From positions 2,916,001 through 2,980,000 of the forward strand of contig NC_086109.1 of assembly GCF_963921235.1 (NCBI RefSeq): a stretch of DNA of 64,000 nt, given 5' to 3'. Of the stretch, positions 11,955 to 24,483 are shown one piece after another. This DNA comes from Mobula hypostoma. Lineage: Eukaryota. Position numbers and translations under genes: made by a program. Numbering within the stretch: the stretch's first letter is position 1; each line of letters opens with the position of its first letter. Under the pieces are notes generated by a model, which made no database searches, was not told where the DNA came from, and was given only the letters and a program-made list of their open reading frames with translations.

Positions 11955-12850
11955 GGCAGTACAATACAGGAGCAGACTCTTTGGCCCAGAGCGTAGTTTA
12001 AACTAGTAAGTAAACGCCGACTGGACTACACCCCCCCTCAGTCTACACACTGTCCCTCTGTTCTCTACACTTTTATCTCTACAGCCTCTTCAACACTTCT
12101 GTCATGTTTGTCTTCAACAGCTCCCCAGGCAGTGCATTCCAGGCATGCAGCTCTCCATGCAAAGAAAACCTTACCTCACACATCTCCTTTGAACTTACAC
12201 CCTTTCACCTTAAGTACATGCCCTCTGATATTAGACATTTGAACTTAGGAAGAAGATACCGGCTGTGTGCTGTATGTCTTATAAATTTCTATCAGGTGTC
12301 CCCTCAGTCGTTCCATTTCCGCCTCTTCCCCATAACACGTTACCTAATCCAGGCGGCATCCTGGGTTAGAGTAAGAGTTCAGTACATCTGACTCTTCTCT
12401 AAATTCTTCCTGTAATAATTCAGGGGCCACATAATCAGAGATTTATAAAGCTGAAACATAACATTCTGGCACTTGAACTCAAAGCATCAGGTCCCAAAGG
12501 CAAGCCTGCCTTATACTTCCTCTGCCACTCTGTCAACTTCACAGGGAAGCTATGAACTAGAACACCAAGATCTCTCTGCTCATCAGCACTGTTAGGTGTC
12601 TTGTCATTTGTCTTTATACCTTTGATCGACTGAGTTGCAACACTTCACATTTAGCCCATACCTACAACTGATCCATATCCCTTCTTTGCCAGTCTTCTAC
12701 ACTGTCCACAACACCACCAATCTTTGTATGATCTACAAAATTAATAACTCTCCCATCTACATTTGGATCCAGGTTAATTATGTACACCACAAACAGTAGA
12801 GGTCTCAGTATGGATCCCTGCAGAACACCGCTACTCACAGATCTGCAGCA
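11955..12850 (-). mobile_element. Old CR1 LINE fragment
   Basis: Decayed GVLQGS/FVDHTKIGG-like RT remnants near 12700-12840 and a 3' end near 11960. Confidence 0.7.
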
Positions 12851-12947
12851 GAAATCAGGACTTTAATTGGTTGGACTTCTCAAATGGCTGAGACCATGGT
12901 CTTGTCGGTTGAATAAATAAAACTGGAGATAAGAGTTTAAAGTCATT

Positions 12948-13337
12948 AGTGGAGAAGGCAGGCGGTGGGTGAAGATCCTTCCCTCTGCTCCCCAGCAGGT
13001 CACCCTGGGGCAAGGAGTAGCACCTGCTTAGCCCCCGATCAGGGTCACGTGAAGCCATGGGAGCAGGAGGTGGATGGTCATATGAGCAGATGGTGGCACC
13101 ACAAGTCCTGGTTATGTGACCACTGACGCCAGGCAGACAATCTCTCAGGAGTATTGATAATAGCTGGGATCACCCGTCTGGTAAAGACACTGCCCAGAAG
13201 AAGGCAATGACAAACTATTTCTGTAGAAAAGTTTGCCAGAATCACTCCTAGTCATGAAAAGATCACGATTGCCCACATCATAACGACACAGCACATAATG
13301 ATGATGTCATATGACAAGGCACATAATGAAGATGATG
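12948..13337 (+). mobile_element. Non-autonomous bipartite RTE derivative (Bov-A-like) with (ATG)n tail
   Basis: AGAAGAAGGCAATGACAAACTATTTCTGTAG resembles the RTE/BovB 5'UTR motif. The 3' end is shared with the RTE at 22215-22630. Second copy at 21718-22088. Confidence 0.75.
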
Positions 13338-13789
13338 AGTGGAGGGGAGGCGTGGGGTTTGTTGACAACAAATTTAGAATATTAAAGATAAAATAAAATA
13401 TGAGTTTATGGTAGCTAGTCAGAGTGGTAACTAGTCAGTGTACTAACTAGTCACAGTGGTGATTAGTCATATGAGTCTTCATAGTGAATGTGTATGTTTC
13501 CCTTGGGGCAGCCACATTCTAAAGACGTGCTTGTGGAGAGCTGTTCTCCGTAAATTATTCCTGGTTTAGGGAAGTGATAGAACATCAAATGGAAACTGAT
13601 AGGCGTGTGAGGGAACAAATGGAAGGGCTATGGAGGAATAAGGAGAGGGAGGAGATTGATCGCTCAGCTGCTCACCTCTCCAGTGACCTGTGTTCAATCT
13701 GGGTCTGTGCTGTCCGTTTCCATGTATTTCCCTGTGACCTTCTGCGTTTCCCTCACATGCTCCAGTTTCTTTCCCCATTCCAAAGAGAC

Positions 13790-13985
13790 AGAGCAGCATG
13801 GTAGCATAGTGGTTAGCACAAAGCTTTACAGTGCTGGTGTCCCGGGTTCAGTTCCTGCCACTGCCTGTAAGGAGGTTGTACGTCCTCCCTGTGACTGTGT
13901 GGGTTTCCTCCGGGTGCTCCAGTTTCCTCCCACAGTCCAAAGATGTACCGGTTGATAGGTTAATTGGTTTATGTAAATTGGGATT
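13790..13985 (+). mobile_element. V-SINE (tRNA head plus V-domain), nested in an older SINE
   Basis: ggtagcatagtggttagc A-box, ggttcagttcc B-box, V-domain GTGGGTTTCCTCCGGGTGCTCCAGTTTCCTCCCACAGTCCAAAGA. Confidence 0.85.
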
Positions 13986-14449
13986 AAATTGTGGGATTGC
14001 AGGATAGCATGGCCAGAAGGTGTGTGTGTGTAACTGACAGAATCTGGGGACTGCAGGTGGGAATAGCATAGGATCAGCATGAATTGCTCAATGGGCTGAA
14101 AGGCATGTATCTGACTAATATGTCTCTGACCCCAGGTATCTTTCCGTGGGAGACAGAGAATACATTATATCTTTAATCAGTGCAGGATAAAATGTTTAAA
14201 AAAACAAATATGACTGCTGTATTAGTCATTCAGTGAGCAGGGTTTGAAAGAAAATATTGCAGTGAACTTCCTTCAATCTGGAAAAGTGTGAAGTGTTACG
14301 TCGAACTTGAAGGCAGGATTCTTAACATGGAGGGAGAACAGAGGGATCTTAAGGTTCAAGTCCATGGATCCCTCAGAGTTACAGTGTAAGTTGATAGGGT
14401 GGCTAAGAAGGCACCTGGTGTTGGCCTTCATCATTGAGGGATTTCGTCC

Positions 14450-16100
14450 AAGGGGTAGTAATGGGGGTCAAGGAAACTGCAGATGAATTCAATAAGTTTT
14501 TTGTGTTATTCCTTACCATGGAAGACACTAGCAGTATGCCAGAAATTCAAGTGACAGAAGTGAGTGTTGTTGCTATTACTAAGGAGAAGGTGCTTGGGAA
14601 GATGAAGGGTCTGAAAGTAGATTTATCATTTGTAGCAGATGGGCTACACCCCACTGTCCTGAAAAAGATGGTTGAAGAGTTTCTGGAGGCAAATAGTAAT
14701 GATCTTTCAGGAATCACTAGATTCTGCAGTGGTTCCAGAGGACTGGGAAATTGCCAGTGCCACTCTTCTCTTTAAGAAAGGACAAAGGCAGGAGAAAGGA
14801 AATCATAGGCTAGTTAGCCTAGGAGATTTTGGGGTCATTTTTACGGATGAAGTTCTGGAGTACTTGGAGACGCATAATAAAATAGTTGAAAGTCAGCATG
14901 GTTACCTTAAGGGGAAATCTTGCCTGACAAATTTCCTGGAATTATTTGAGGAACTATCAAACAGGATAGACAAAGGAGAGTCAGTGGATGTTGTTTACCT
15001 GGATTTTCAGAAGGCCTTTGACAAGGTGTCACACCATGAGGCTGCTTAACAAGATAAGAGGCAAAGGTAAGGTACTAGTATGCATAGAGTATTGGAGAAT
15101 GGCAGGAGATAAAGAGTGGCAATAGATGGGGTTCTGATATGCTGGTGGTGACTAGTGGTGTTCTGCAGGGGTCGGTGTTGGGACAGCTTCTTTTCATGTC
15201 ATATGTGAATGATTTAGATGATGGAATTGACGTCCTTGTGGCCAAATTTATGGACATTACGAAGATAGGTGGAAGGGCAAGTAGTGTTGAGGAAGCAGGA
15301 AGTCTGCAGATGGACAGATAGATTGGGAGAATGGGCAAAGAATTGGCAGATGGGATATAGTGTAGGGAATTAGATGGTCATGGACTTTGGTAGAAAGAAT
15401 AAAGATCTGGACTATTTTCTTTATGGGGAGAAAATTAAAAATCAAAGATGCAAAGGGACTTGAGGGTCCTCGTTAACAATGTTAGCATTCATTTTGAGAG
15501 GACTAGAGAGTAAGAGTAAGATTGTAATGCTGAGGTTTCATAAGGTATTGATCAGACCTTATATTGTGAGCAGTTTTGGGCTCATTATCTAAGAAAAGCT
15601 CTGCTGGCATTGGAGAGGGCTCAGAGAATGATTCCAGGAATGAAAGGATTTATCTCTGAGGTGTATTTGATAGCTCTGGGCTTGTACTCAATGGAGTTCA
15701 GAAGAATGGGGGGTGAGTCTCAATGGAACCCATTGGATACTGAAAGACCTGGAGAGAGTGGATGTAGAGAGGATGTTTCCTATTATGAAGGAGTCTAGGA
15801 CCAGAGAACACAAGCTCAGAAGAGGGACATCCTTTGTGAACCGAGATGAGGAGGAATTTCTTCAGCCAGAGGGTAGTGAGTTGGTGGAATTCATTGCTAC
15901 AGATGACTGTGGAGACCATTTATTCGAGTATACTTGAAGTGGAGGTAGATAGATTCTTGATTAGTCATGGAACCAAAGGTTATGGGGAGAAGGCAGGAGA
16001 ATAGGGTTGAGCGGGATAATTAATCAGCCATGATGGAATGGCAAAGCAGACTCAATGGGATGAAAGGCCTGGTTTTGTTCCTATGTCTTATGGTATTATG
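14450..16100 (+). mobile_element. CR1 LINE, 5'-truncated, frameshifted
   Basis: IFQESLDSAVVPEDW, QHGYLKGKSCLTN, YLDFQKAFDKV, GVLQGSVLG and the 3'UTR. Confidence 0.92.
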
Positions 16101-17368
16101 GAAGTAAAGACTGTGATATCAATCCCCCAAGAGATGAGGATATCTTTGGTCCATGGGAATATCAATAGTCATATCTATTAAAACATGGGAGAAGGGTTGA
16201 AAGAGAAGCTGTTAAATTTGAAGTAAGTTAAACTGAGTGAATGAGTGTAGTATAGAGGCGTTCTTCTTGGAATTTCTTCATAAGAGAATTAAAGGGATCA
16301 AAGATCAGGTGGCAATTATTGACCATGATATCACCCACGGCTATTCTTCCAATCTCCTCAAGATATTCCTTGCCTTAATTTGGGAACATTGACAGAGTCC
16401 TAGTTTAACACATCAACCAAACCTATCACTCACAATAATATGTTTCTCCAGTGCCAGCCTCAGAGAATTCACCTTCACTCCCCCACAACCAACTAACGCA
16501 AAGTAAGAATGTTACCCACAGCAATATAAATGATACCATTGAAAAACTGTCTTTATTATTCATGGGATCACATTGGAGATATCAGTGTGAAAGCTTATCT
16601 GAACGTTTGCAGAGTGCTGAGCATGTTCTGGCAGGCCATGTGTGCTGACTTCAAAAAGTAATTATCTCCCGTCGAATATTTCAGTAATTTACATTATTAA
16701 CATATTTCTACTTTTGAATTTTTTCCATTCTAAAGCCAATAATTATAATTTTAGCTATGATATATGCTATCAAATATAATTGACATAAAGTAACTTTGTA
16801 GAGTTAGCATTGAAAAAGAATGCATCTCCTTAGGCATCAATTCAGAGCATGTACATGAAACTAGTTTCTTTTGATCGATGCAAAAAAGAAAACTCTTTCC
16901 ATTGACAGCCACAATGCAAAACTCAAGATTTGGTAACTGCAATATCCTGAAACACTTACGGCCTATCCTCAAGTTATGGGCAGGTCAGAAGGAGTTACAT
17001 GGTCTGCCAGCACAATCACAGGCCTCAGTGAATATCTTTCCTTTACAGTGCATGCTTGTGACTGGCCAACATGGGTAGTAAGGTGGGTTTCAGTATTCCA
17101 AACAGTCCACTTCTCCCCCTTTGTAGAAAGCTGGTCAATCCCCTTAATGCTTATACTGCCGTCCCACATAACCCTTTCCATTGTCAAGGTTCTGCTAAAA
17201 CTCTCAGTTGAGAGACTCCCTTACTAACGAAGGTCTGTACAAACTTGGAAACATTTTCTCAGCTACATCACCGTAGACAACTGTCTGGAATTTATCTGGC
17301 ACATCTCCGACTGGTCACGGATCTCTCTCTGACAGAAGAGTTTGCAGATGCTGAGATATTCACGGTTT

Positions 17369-17611
17369 TGTTTTGTAACTCCAAAACATAAAATTGATTG
17401 AAAGAAAAACGCAGAGCAGGGAGATGCGTGTCTTAGATTTCGTTCTTTACGTTTAGTGAGGTATGCATTTATGACGTGGCCACGTAATAACGTATGCTAT
17501 TCACATACTTTGTACATTCAATAACCCGTAATGAATTACACAAATTATGAAGAGTACTTAATCAAATAATGTATTTATAATATTATTCAAATATTATTGA
17601 AGCATACTACA
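17369..17611. mobile_element. Probable solo LTR (~243 bp)
   Basis: TGT...ACA termini (TGTTTTGTA / TACTACA), AT-rich with a CpG-rich TGACGT core, abrupt boundaries. No TSD found. Confidence 0.5.
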
Positions 17612-18629
17612 TCCATAACTCCCTGTTCACTCATCCCTCTGCAGCCATTTTTTTTAATATATATAAAAACACTACAGCACAGAAACAGGCTCCTTGGCCC
17701 ACCTTGTCCATGCCAAACTGTTATTCTGCCTACTCCCATCGACATGTACCTGGACCATAGCTTTCCACATCCCTCCCATCCATGTACCTGTCCAAAAATT
17801 CTCTTAAATGTTGAAATTGAACCCGCAATCACCATTATCAGTTGGTGATAATGAACCCGATTCTGATCCTGATTGTGAGACGGTAAGATCATAAAATGAT
17901 GGAAGAACTCAGCAGGTCAGGCAGCTGCCATGGAGTGAGAAACAGAGATGATATTTCAGGTCAGTGACATTTTATCAGAAATGTAAAAATTGGAGAAAAG
18001 GGTTTTTGGTTAAGCAGGAAGAATGTATCTGTAAAACAGGTGACTGGAATAAGTCAAGGACAGTGGAAAAAGACAAAGCAAATGCCTTTGTTGTTGCCAT
18101 GGAGTCCACCTCTTTGTGAGGCTGTTTTTGTGACCACCATTTTGTGAACTGTTTCCTGAACTAACCCTTGCTGGATTAAAACAATCGAAAGCGGATGTAA
18201 TGAGGCCTCTATCAATAATATTGTAAACCAGAGATAATTTCCAAATAATAAATTATTCATGGAGTGTTCTTTGATAAGGTAGAATGATCAATACAAAAGA
18301 ACAATCTGTGTCTGTGAACTGAAGTATCTGGGCTGACTGTAACTGCTTGAAATGGTCTGTTTTAGGGGAATGTCAAGGGAATTACATCAGAGGCATAAAA
18401 TGACCAGAAAAAATTCCTATCTTCCAATTCCTTTTATTGCCCCAAATCGGCAAAAGGAGTTGGCAGTTCCTTGCGGAGCCGTCTGCATTTAATCACCTCT
18501 CTAAGTGAGGGAGTTCGGGAATCATGCGCTGCCCTCTGACCCTGGCCAGGGGTCAGCAGTGGAAGGTGTGAGCAGCTTCCAGTTCCTGGACATCAACATC
18601 TCTGAGGATCTATCCTGGGCCCAACACAT

Positions 18630-18970
18630 TGTGTGTAACACCTGTCCCTACACCTCCTCTCTCACCACATCCAGGGCCCTAAACATACCTTCCAGGTGAG
18701 ACAGAACTTCACATTCACCTGTTCCAGCCTTGTTTAAGACAAGTGGTACTCAATGCAGCTCCTCCACATTGGAGGGACCGGTGCAGACTAGACAGCTTTG
18801 CCAAGCACCATGGCCTTCTGGAGCTCCCTGAAGATTCTAGCATCTGCAGCCCCTTGTCATCTCCACCCGTCACCTCCCACAGATTCTGCTTCCACTCTCT
18901 GTTCCCCTATCTACCACCCTCCCTCACCTGGGTCATCCTACTGCTTGTCAGATCTTCTCCTGCCTCTTTC
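18630..18970 (+). mobile_element. Decayed Neptune-type Penelope fragment
   Basis: CNTCPYTSSLTTSRALN parallels CYTCPFTSSLTSIQGPK in the copy at 20010-20070. Confidence 0.7.
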
Positions 18971-19411
18971 CCCTCACCACCTTATACTGGGTACCCCACC
19001 AACCCGCCACCCCCGTCACATCCTCAAGAACATCGACCGTCCATTTCATTGCATGGACCCATAGAGTTCCTCCTGTATCCTGTTTACTGGCATCGGTCCC
19101 TGTCTACCTGGTGCTTCCCTCACTGTGAGGACATAGAACCTGCAGACGTGATGATCCTGCCACTGACATTTGACCAGTATGGATGGGCAACACTGGAGTA
19201 ATGTCCTGGAGTCAAGGGACTGCACATGGTACACAGCACATGACCAATTCCTGCCATGTCCATGAAAGAATCTGCAGGTCACACACAGGACTTTTCAGCC
19301 TGCTTAGAACCATAAAGAACAGTGGAGGCAAACTCTCCTCAGTCCTGAGTGAAAACTCAAGAGTTCTATTTTGTAAACCCTATCTCCTGTAAAAATGCTA
19401 TCCCTTTTTCT

Positions 19412-19604
19412 TCTTTTTGGATCTCCCCCTCCCCCTCCAGCTTTCAAATCCCTTACTCACTCTTCCTTCAGTTAGTCCTGACGAAGGGTCTCGGCCTGAA
19501 ACGTCGACTACGCCTCTTCCTATAGATGCTGCTTGGCCTGCTGCGTTCACCAGCAACTTTGATGTGTGTTGCTTGAATTTCCAGCATCTGCAGAATTCCT
19601 GTTG
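19412..19604 (+). mobile_element. Young Penelope pseudo-LTR-only insertion inside the older Penelope ORF
   Basis: 13-bp TSD TATCCCTTTTTCT at 19399-19411 and 19605-19617. Removing the insert restores ...KNAIPFSQFL. Confidence 0.88.
19473..19510 (+). ncRNA. Minimal type I hammerhead ribozyme motif
   Basis: TAGTC-CTGACGA-AGGGTCTCGGCCT-GAAA-CG-TC-GACTA: stem I TAGTC/GACTA, CUGANGA and GAAA cores, short stem II, palindromic ACGU in place of stem III, GUC cleavage triplet ending at 19505. Confidence 0.8.
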
Positions 19605-20669
19605 TATCCCTTTTTCTCAGTTTCTTTGCCTCCACGACATCTGTTTTTAGGATACGGCTTGCCATTCCAGGACAACAGAGATGTGCTCCTTCTTTGAAGA
19701 GTGGGGAACCCCTCCCTCTACTATTGATGCCGCCCTCACCCACACCTTATCCATTTCCCGTACATCCATGCTCACCCGACCTTCCTTCGCCGTGATAGAG
19801 TCCCTCTTGACCTTACTTACCACCCCATCAGCCTTCAATCCAACACATTATCGTCCACAATTTCTGCCATCTCCGAAAGGATCCTACTACTCAACCTATC
19901 TTTACTCCCCCCCCTTTGCCTTCTACAGGGACCACTCCCTGCACGATTTCCTTGACCATTTGTCCTTCCCCACTAATCTCCCTTCAGGCTCTTATTCTTG
20001 CAAGTGGCCAAAGTGCTACACCTGCCCATTCACCTCCTCCCTCACCTCCATTCAGGGCCCCAAACAGTCCTTCCAGCTGAGGCAACACCTCACTTGTGAC
20101 TCTGCTGGGTTCGTCTGTTGTGTCCAGTGCTCCCGATGTGGCCTCCTCTACGTTGCTGAATCCCGTCACGAATAGAGGCTTCTTTGAACAACTCTGCACC
20201 ATCCGCACAAGTGAGACTTCTCGGTGGCCAAACGCTTTAATTCCGATTCCCATTCCCATTCCAACATGTGGGTCCGTGGCCTCCTCTCGTGCCAAGATGA
20301 GGCTACCATCAGGGTGGAGGAGCAACATCTTATATTCCGACTGGTTACCCTCCAACCTGAAGGTATGAATATTGATTTCTCATTCTGGTGAACAGATTTT
20401 CCCCCACTCTCCTCTATCACCCCCTGCCCACTTCTTCTAGTCTGAACTCTGAACTGTTTTATCTTCTCACCTGCCTATCACTTCCCCCCAGGCCCCTCCT
20501 CCTTCCTTTTTCCTGATTTAGAGTTTTTCTTCTCAAGCCCTTGAACTTTTCCACCCACCTTTCTTCATCGAAACGTCAACTTTTGTTCTTCATTGCCAGA
20601 GGTGCTGCCTGACCTGCCAAGTTCCTTCAGCATTTTGTGTGTGTCTCTTTGGTTCTGCTTTTAGCAACT

Positions 20670-20800
20670 TTATTCCAGACATATAGCACGAGTAACAGCC
20701 CAACGATTTCATGCTGTCTAGTTGCACCCATGTGACCAACTACCCTGCCAACCTGTATGTCTTTGGACTGTGGTAGGAAACTGGAGCACCCAGAGGAAAT
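20670..20800 (-). mobile_element. V-SINE fragment
   Basis: Reverse complement of the V-domain (tctttggactgtggtaggaaactggagcacccagagg). Confidence 0.75.
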
Positions 20801-21717
20801 GGGAAGGGCTCTGACTCTGAAAGGCAATACACTAACTGCTAACATGAATGATGTTATTTTGGAACCAACTATTTCAACCTTCTCAGAGTGGCTCTTGTAA
20901 GAGAGCATGGGGACCACAGATATTTCCAGAGAAGATAGTGATTGAAATGAGTGCCTCTCCAATTGATGTTTTTAATTTCCATGATAATTGTACAGATGAA
21001 GGAGGTTCACCTGCTTTTGATTGACAGCCATCAGTCAACCTATCCTGGACTAGTATAGTGCATTCAATCTGAGCAAAATAGCTCGTTTCTGCTGCTTCCT
21101 CCAGTTATCAGCGCGACGAAAGCTGTTCATGCCTGGATTGATTAGATGGTTATTTGTGTAACTGTTACAGAACACAGACAGTCGCAGATTTCCTTGGGTT
21201 GTTCATTGTGTTTCAAGCACCAGTGACTATTCAAAATGAAAAAAATGACACATCACGGCAGGAGAGTAACTTCACAGCCTTTGGTTATCCTTCTGATTGT
21301 CAATGTTGTTATTACTATTCACCCGTTATACCGAAATGCAACAAGCTTGGAAACCTTACTCAATTGTTTTGTCAAGAAAAAGATGCATATTGTTCTAAGG
21401 CTGTCCTCAGCGTAAAATTTTCATTAGCTTCTATCTTTACTTGTTTTGCAAATGTTGATCGTCAAAATATATAAATAATTATTATCCAAAATTTAGTGTA
21501 CTTGTTCTAATTTTTACCTTCAATTTTAAATGAGTTACAAATTATATTAACTAGAATAATTCCTCAAATGGAGAACAGATCATCACAAAATTAAATAGCC
21601 TCAACAATACCATCTTACAATGATGCATAAGGAGGCTATTTGGCCTATTAGATCCATGTTGGATGTCAGGGAAAGATGCAGTAGTCCCATTCCCCTTCTG
21701 TTTCCTTGTTCTTCAGT

Positions 21718-22088
21718 TGTTATGTAACGTGTCCTATGACATGGGTGATCATGGTCTTTCCATGACCATGATTGTTCTTGGCAAATTTTTCTACAGAAGT
21801 GGTTTGCCATTTCCTTCTTCTGGGCAGTGTCTTTACAAGACAGATGACTCCAGCCATGATCAATACTCTTCAGAGATTGTCTGCCTGGCGTCAGTGGTCG
21901 CATAACCAGGAATTGTGATCCGCACCGGCTGCTCGTACGACCATCCACCACCTGCTCCTATGACTTCACGTGACCCTGATTGGGGGCTAAGCAGGTGCTA
22001 CACCTTGCCCAAGGGTGACCTGCAGGCTAGTGGAGGGAAAGAGCACCTTACACCTCCTTCAGTAGAGATGTACCTCCACCCCGCCACT
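21718..22088 (-). mobile_element. Second copy of the bipartite RTE derivative
   Basis: Reverse complement aligns end to end with 12948-13310 and contains AGAAGGAAATGGCAAACCACTTCTGTAG. Confidence 0.78.
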
Positions 22089-22214
22089 CAATAAAATTTA
22101 AAAAATATTCATCTTGTTTTATTTTTATTTGTTTTGCAAATGTTGATAGACTTGAAAAAGATATATATAACAATGATAATTGTCCATGATTTAATATACT
22201 TATTCTAATTCTTA

Positions 22215-22630
22215 GGGAGCACGATAACACCTGAAAGTGGGGCTGATGTTGACATTGGAAGGATTGGGATTGTTAAATGCATGTTTGAGTGTTTGAGCAA
22301 GATGCTAAAGAATAACATAATTTCTATGAGTATGAAACTCAGAGTGTTGTGAAAAGCCAGCATAAGAAGTGAGCTGATATCATCAATCAGAAAGCGGCAG
22401 CTGGAATTTCTGGGACGTACTGAGAAAAGAGAAGCTCAAACATCTTGCGGTGAGGAAAAAACTGATGGAAGAAAAACTCACGGTTGACAGTGCATGACAG
22501 TCATAAGTTACAACAAGGGGTGGATAGGCAAAAGTTTTGAAGAATCTATTAGAATTTCTCAGATTAAAGACAGATAGAAGGCCATGATCACCCACATCAT
22601 ATGACATGGCACATAATGATAAAGATGATA
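22215..22630 (+). mobile_element. RTE LINE 3' fragment (decayed)
   Basis: SELISSIRKRQLEFLG...KEKLKHLAV-like RTE C-terminus and an (ATG)-like tail. Imperfect TSD ATTCTAAnnCTTA at 22202-22214 and 22631-22643. Confidence 0.75.
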
Positions 22631-23319
22631 ATTCTAAACCTTACCTTCAATTTTAAATGTGTTACAAAACATTAATCAGAATAATTCCTCAAATGGAAAT
22701 AGTTCATAGTGAAATCAAATAGCCTCAAAAGTATTGATGTAGATAAAGTCTATTTGGCCCATTGGATCCATGTTGGCAGTCAGGGAAAAATCCATTAATC
22801 CCATCTCCCTTTGATTTCCCTGTACCCCTGCAAAATATTCTTTCTCATTCATGCCCACCATATTCTCTTTGATCCTGGAGTAATGAACAATCTGTTGGAG
22901 GAATTCCAAGCTCTCAGTTGAGCTGCACTGTCAGCATCCAAGGTCAGGACTGAACCTGGCTCCTGGTGCTGTGAGCACTAACGACCGTGCTACCTTATCA
23001 CCCAACATTAACTTTTACCGTGTAGCTAATAACTTCTCTCTGGTCACAAGTGAGAAGTCCTGATAATAAATAGCATCAAAGAAAATCAGATACACATGGA
23101 ACTTTACTGTAATTTATCTTTTATAAACACGTAAGAGAGGCACCCATTTGAACTAATGGTCCGTATGAAAATCTTTATGATCCATCAGCATTATTTATTG
23201 CTGAATCGAGTACACACCGCCTACCTTTTTAATGTTCGTACTTCAGAAACTTTATCGGGACACCACGCAGAAGCAAAGTGATAGATTTAAAAACACTCCC
23301 TCAGTAATCATGTAACCCA

Positions 23320-23670
23320 TAAGAGGTTTATAACATTATGGGATAATGGTAGTATCTTTTTCCTAGGGTTGAAATGTCTTAATACCAGAGGGCATGTATT
23401 TAAGGTGAGAGAAGTTCAAAGGAGATGTGCTGGGCAAGTTTTTTTTTAAAGTACAGAGTGTGGGGGTGCCTGCAATGTGCTGCCTGGGGTGGAAGCCATA
23501 ATGGTGTACAAGAGGCTTTTAGACAGATATATGAATGCATGGGAAATGGAGAGGTACGGACATTGTATAGCGAGAAGCGATTAGTTGAGTTAGAAACTCA
23601 ATAACTAATTTAATTTGGCATGACGTCGTGGGATGAAAGCTCTACTGTGGTACTTTACTCTTCTCTGTGT
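23320..23670 (+). mobile_element. CR1 3' end (second subfamily, also at 30318-30610)
   Basis: aataccagagggcatg...aaggagatgtg...gcctggaatgtgctgcctgg shared between both copies. Confidence 0.75.
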
Positions 23671-23760
23671 GGTGTCATAATCAGATTTCCACTTATATAA
23701 CATGGAATTGAATGATTGCACTGACTATGATAATGAAGTAGAATTCATTAATAGAATGAA

Positions 23761-24480
23761 AGTTCAAAAGTTCAAGTTCAAAGTACATTTATTAACAAAG
23801 TATGTATTTGTTATACAACCTTGTGGTTCGTCTCCTAAGAGGCAGCCACAATACTAGAAACCTAAAGAACCTGTAAAAAGACCGTCAAACACACAGAAAA
23901 AAAAAATCATGCGAACAATAAACACACTCAAACTGAACTAGAGAGAGTCCGTCCCCAGACCCTTGGTTCAGTGCAGAGCCGAGCAAGATATCAGGGAGCA
24001 GTGAGCTGAAATGGCCCGTCCCTCAGTCTGACCCAGCGCTTAAATCATCATCCAAAAATCAGATTCAGTCACCTCGATACACTCTGGCGCCTGGAACCCG
24101 TTACCTCAATTTGGTCTGTACCCAACCTTCCCAATTCAGTACAGCACTTAAATTGTCATCCAGACGTTGGCTACAGTTGCTTTGGTGCATTCTAGGCCTG
24201 GTCTCCTCTACCTTGATTCGGTCTGTACCCAACTCTTCCAATTCGGCCTGGCACTTAAGTTGATCAAACTCGGTTTCTTCCTCACTCTCGATGACAGGCC
24301 CACTGCTTTGCCTTGGTTCTGCCACATCAATTTGCCTCCAAGTTCAAAGGAAGGTTACAGACTATTACTTCCGATGATTGCTTACTAGAAAGAAGAGTGA
24401 TTAACGAAGCATTCAGTGGCTATCCTTGTTTCATTTACCATCAGCCAGAATTCGCTGAGAATCGGCAACAGCATTTTAAA
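23761..24480 (-). mobile_element. Non-coding element with a Rex1-type (TTTGAAC)n tail
   Basis: gttcaaaagttcaagttcaaagtacatttatt tail as in Rex1 UTRs at 41800 and 54590. No ORF. 5' boundary approximate. Confidence 0.5.
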
Positions 24481-24483
24481 CTC

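Larger units (their letters stand above)
19385..20660 (+). mobile_element. Penelope-like element (Neptune type): RT thumb, Zn finger, GIY-YIG endonuclease and 3' pseudo-LTR
   Basis: SCKNAIPFSQFL; CKWPKCYTCP...LTCDSAGFVCCVQCSRCGLLYVAES; EEQHLIFRLVTLQPEGMNIDF; pyrimidine-rich 3' region. Confidence 0.9.

Noticed and set aside
16955..17195. Minus-strand exon ending at a GTAAGT donor (~16959)
   Set aside because: All three frames contain stops between the candidate acceptor and donor, and no protein is recognisable.
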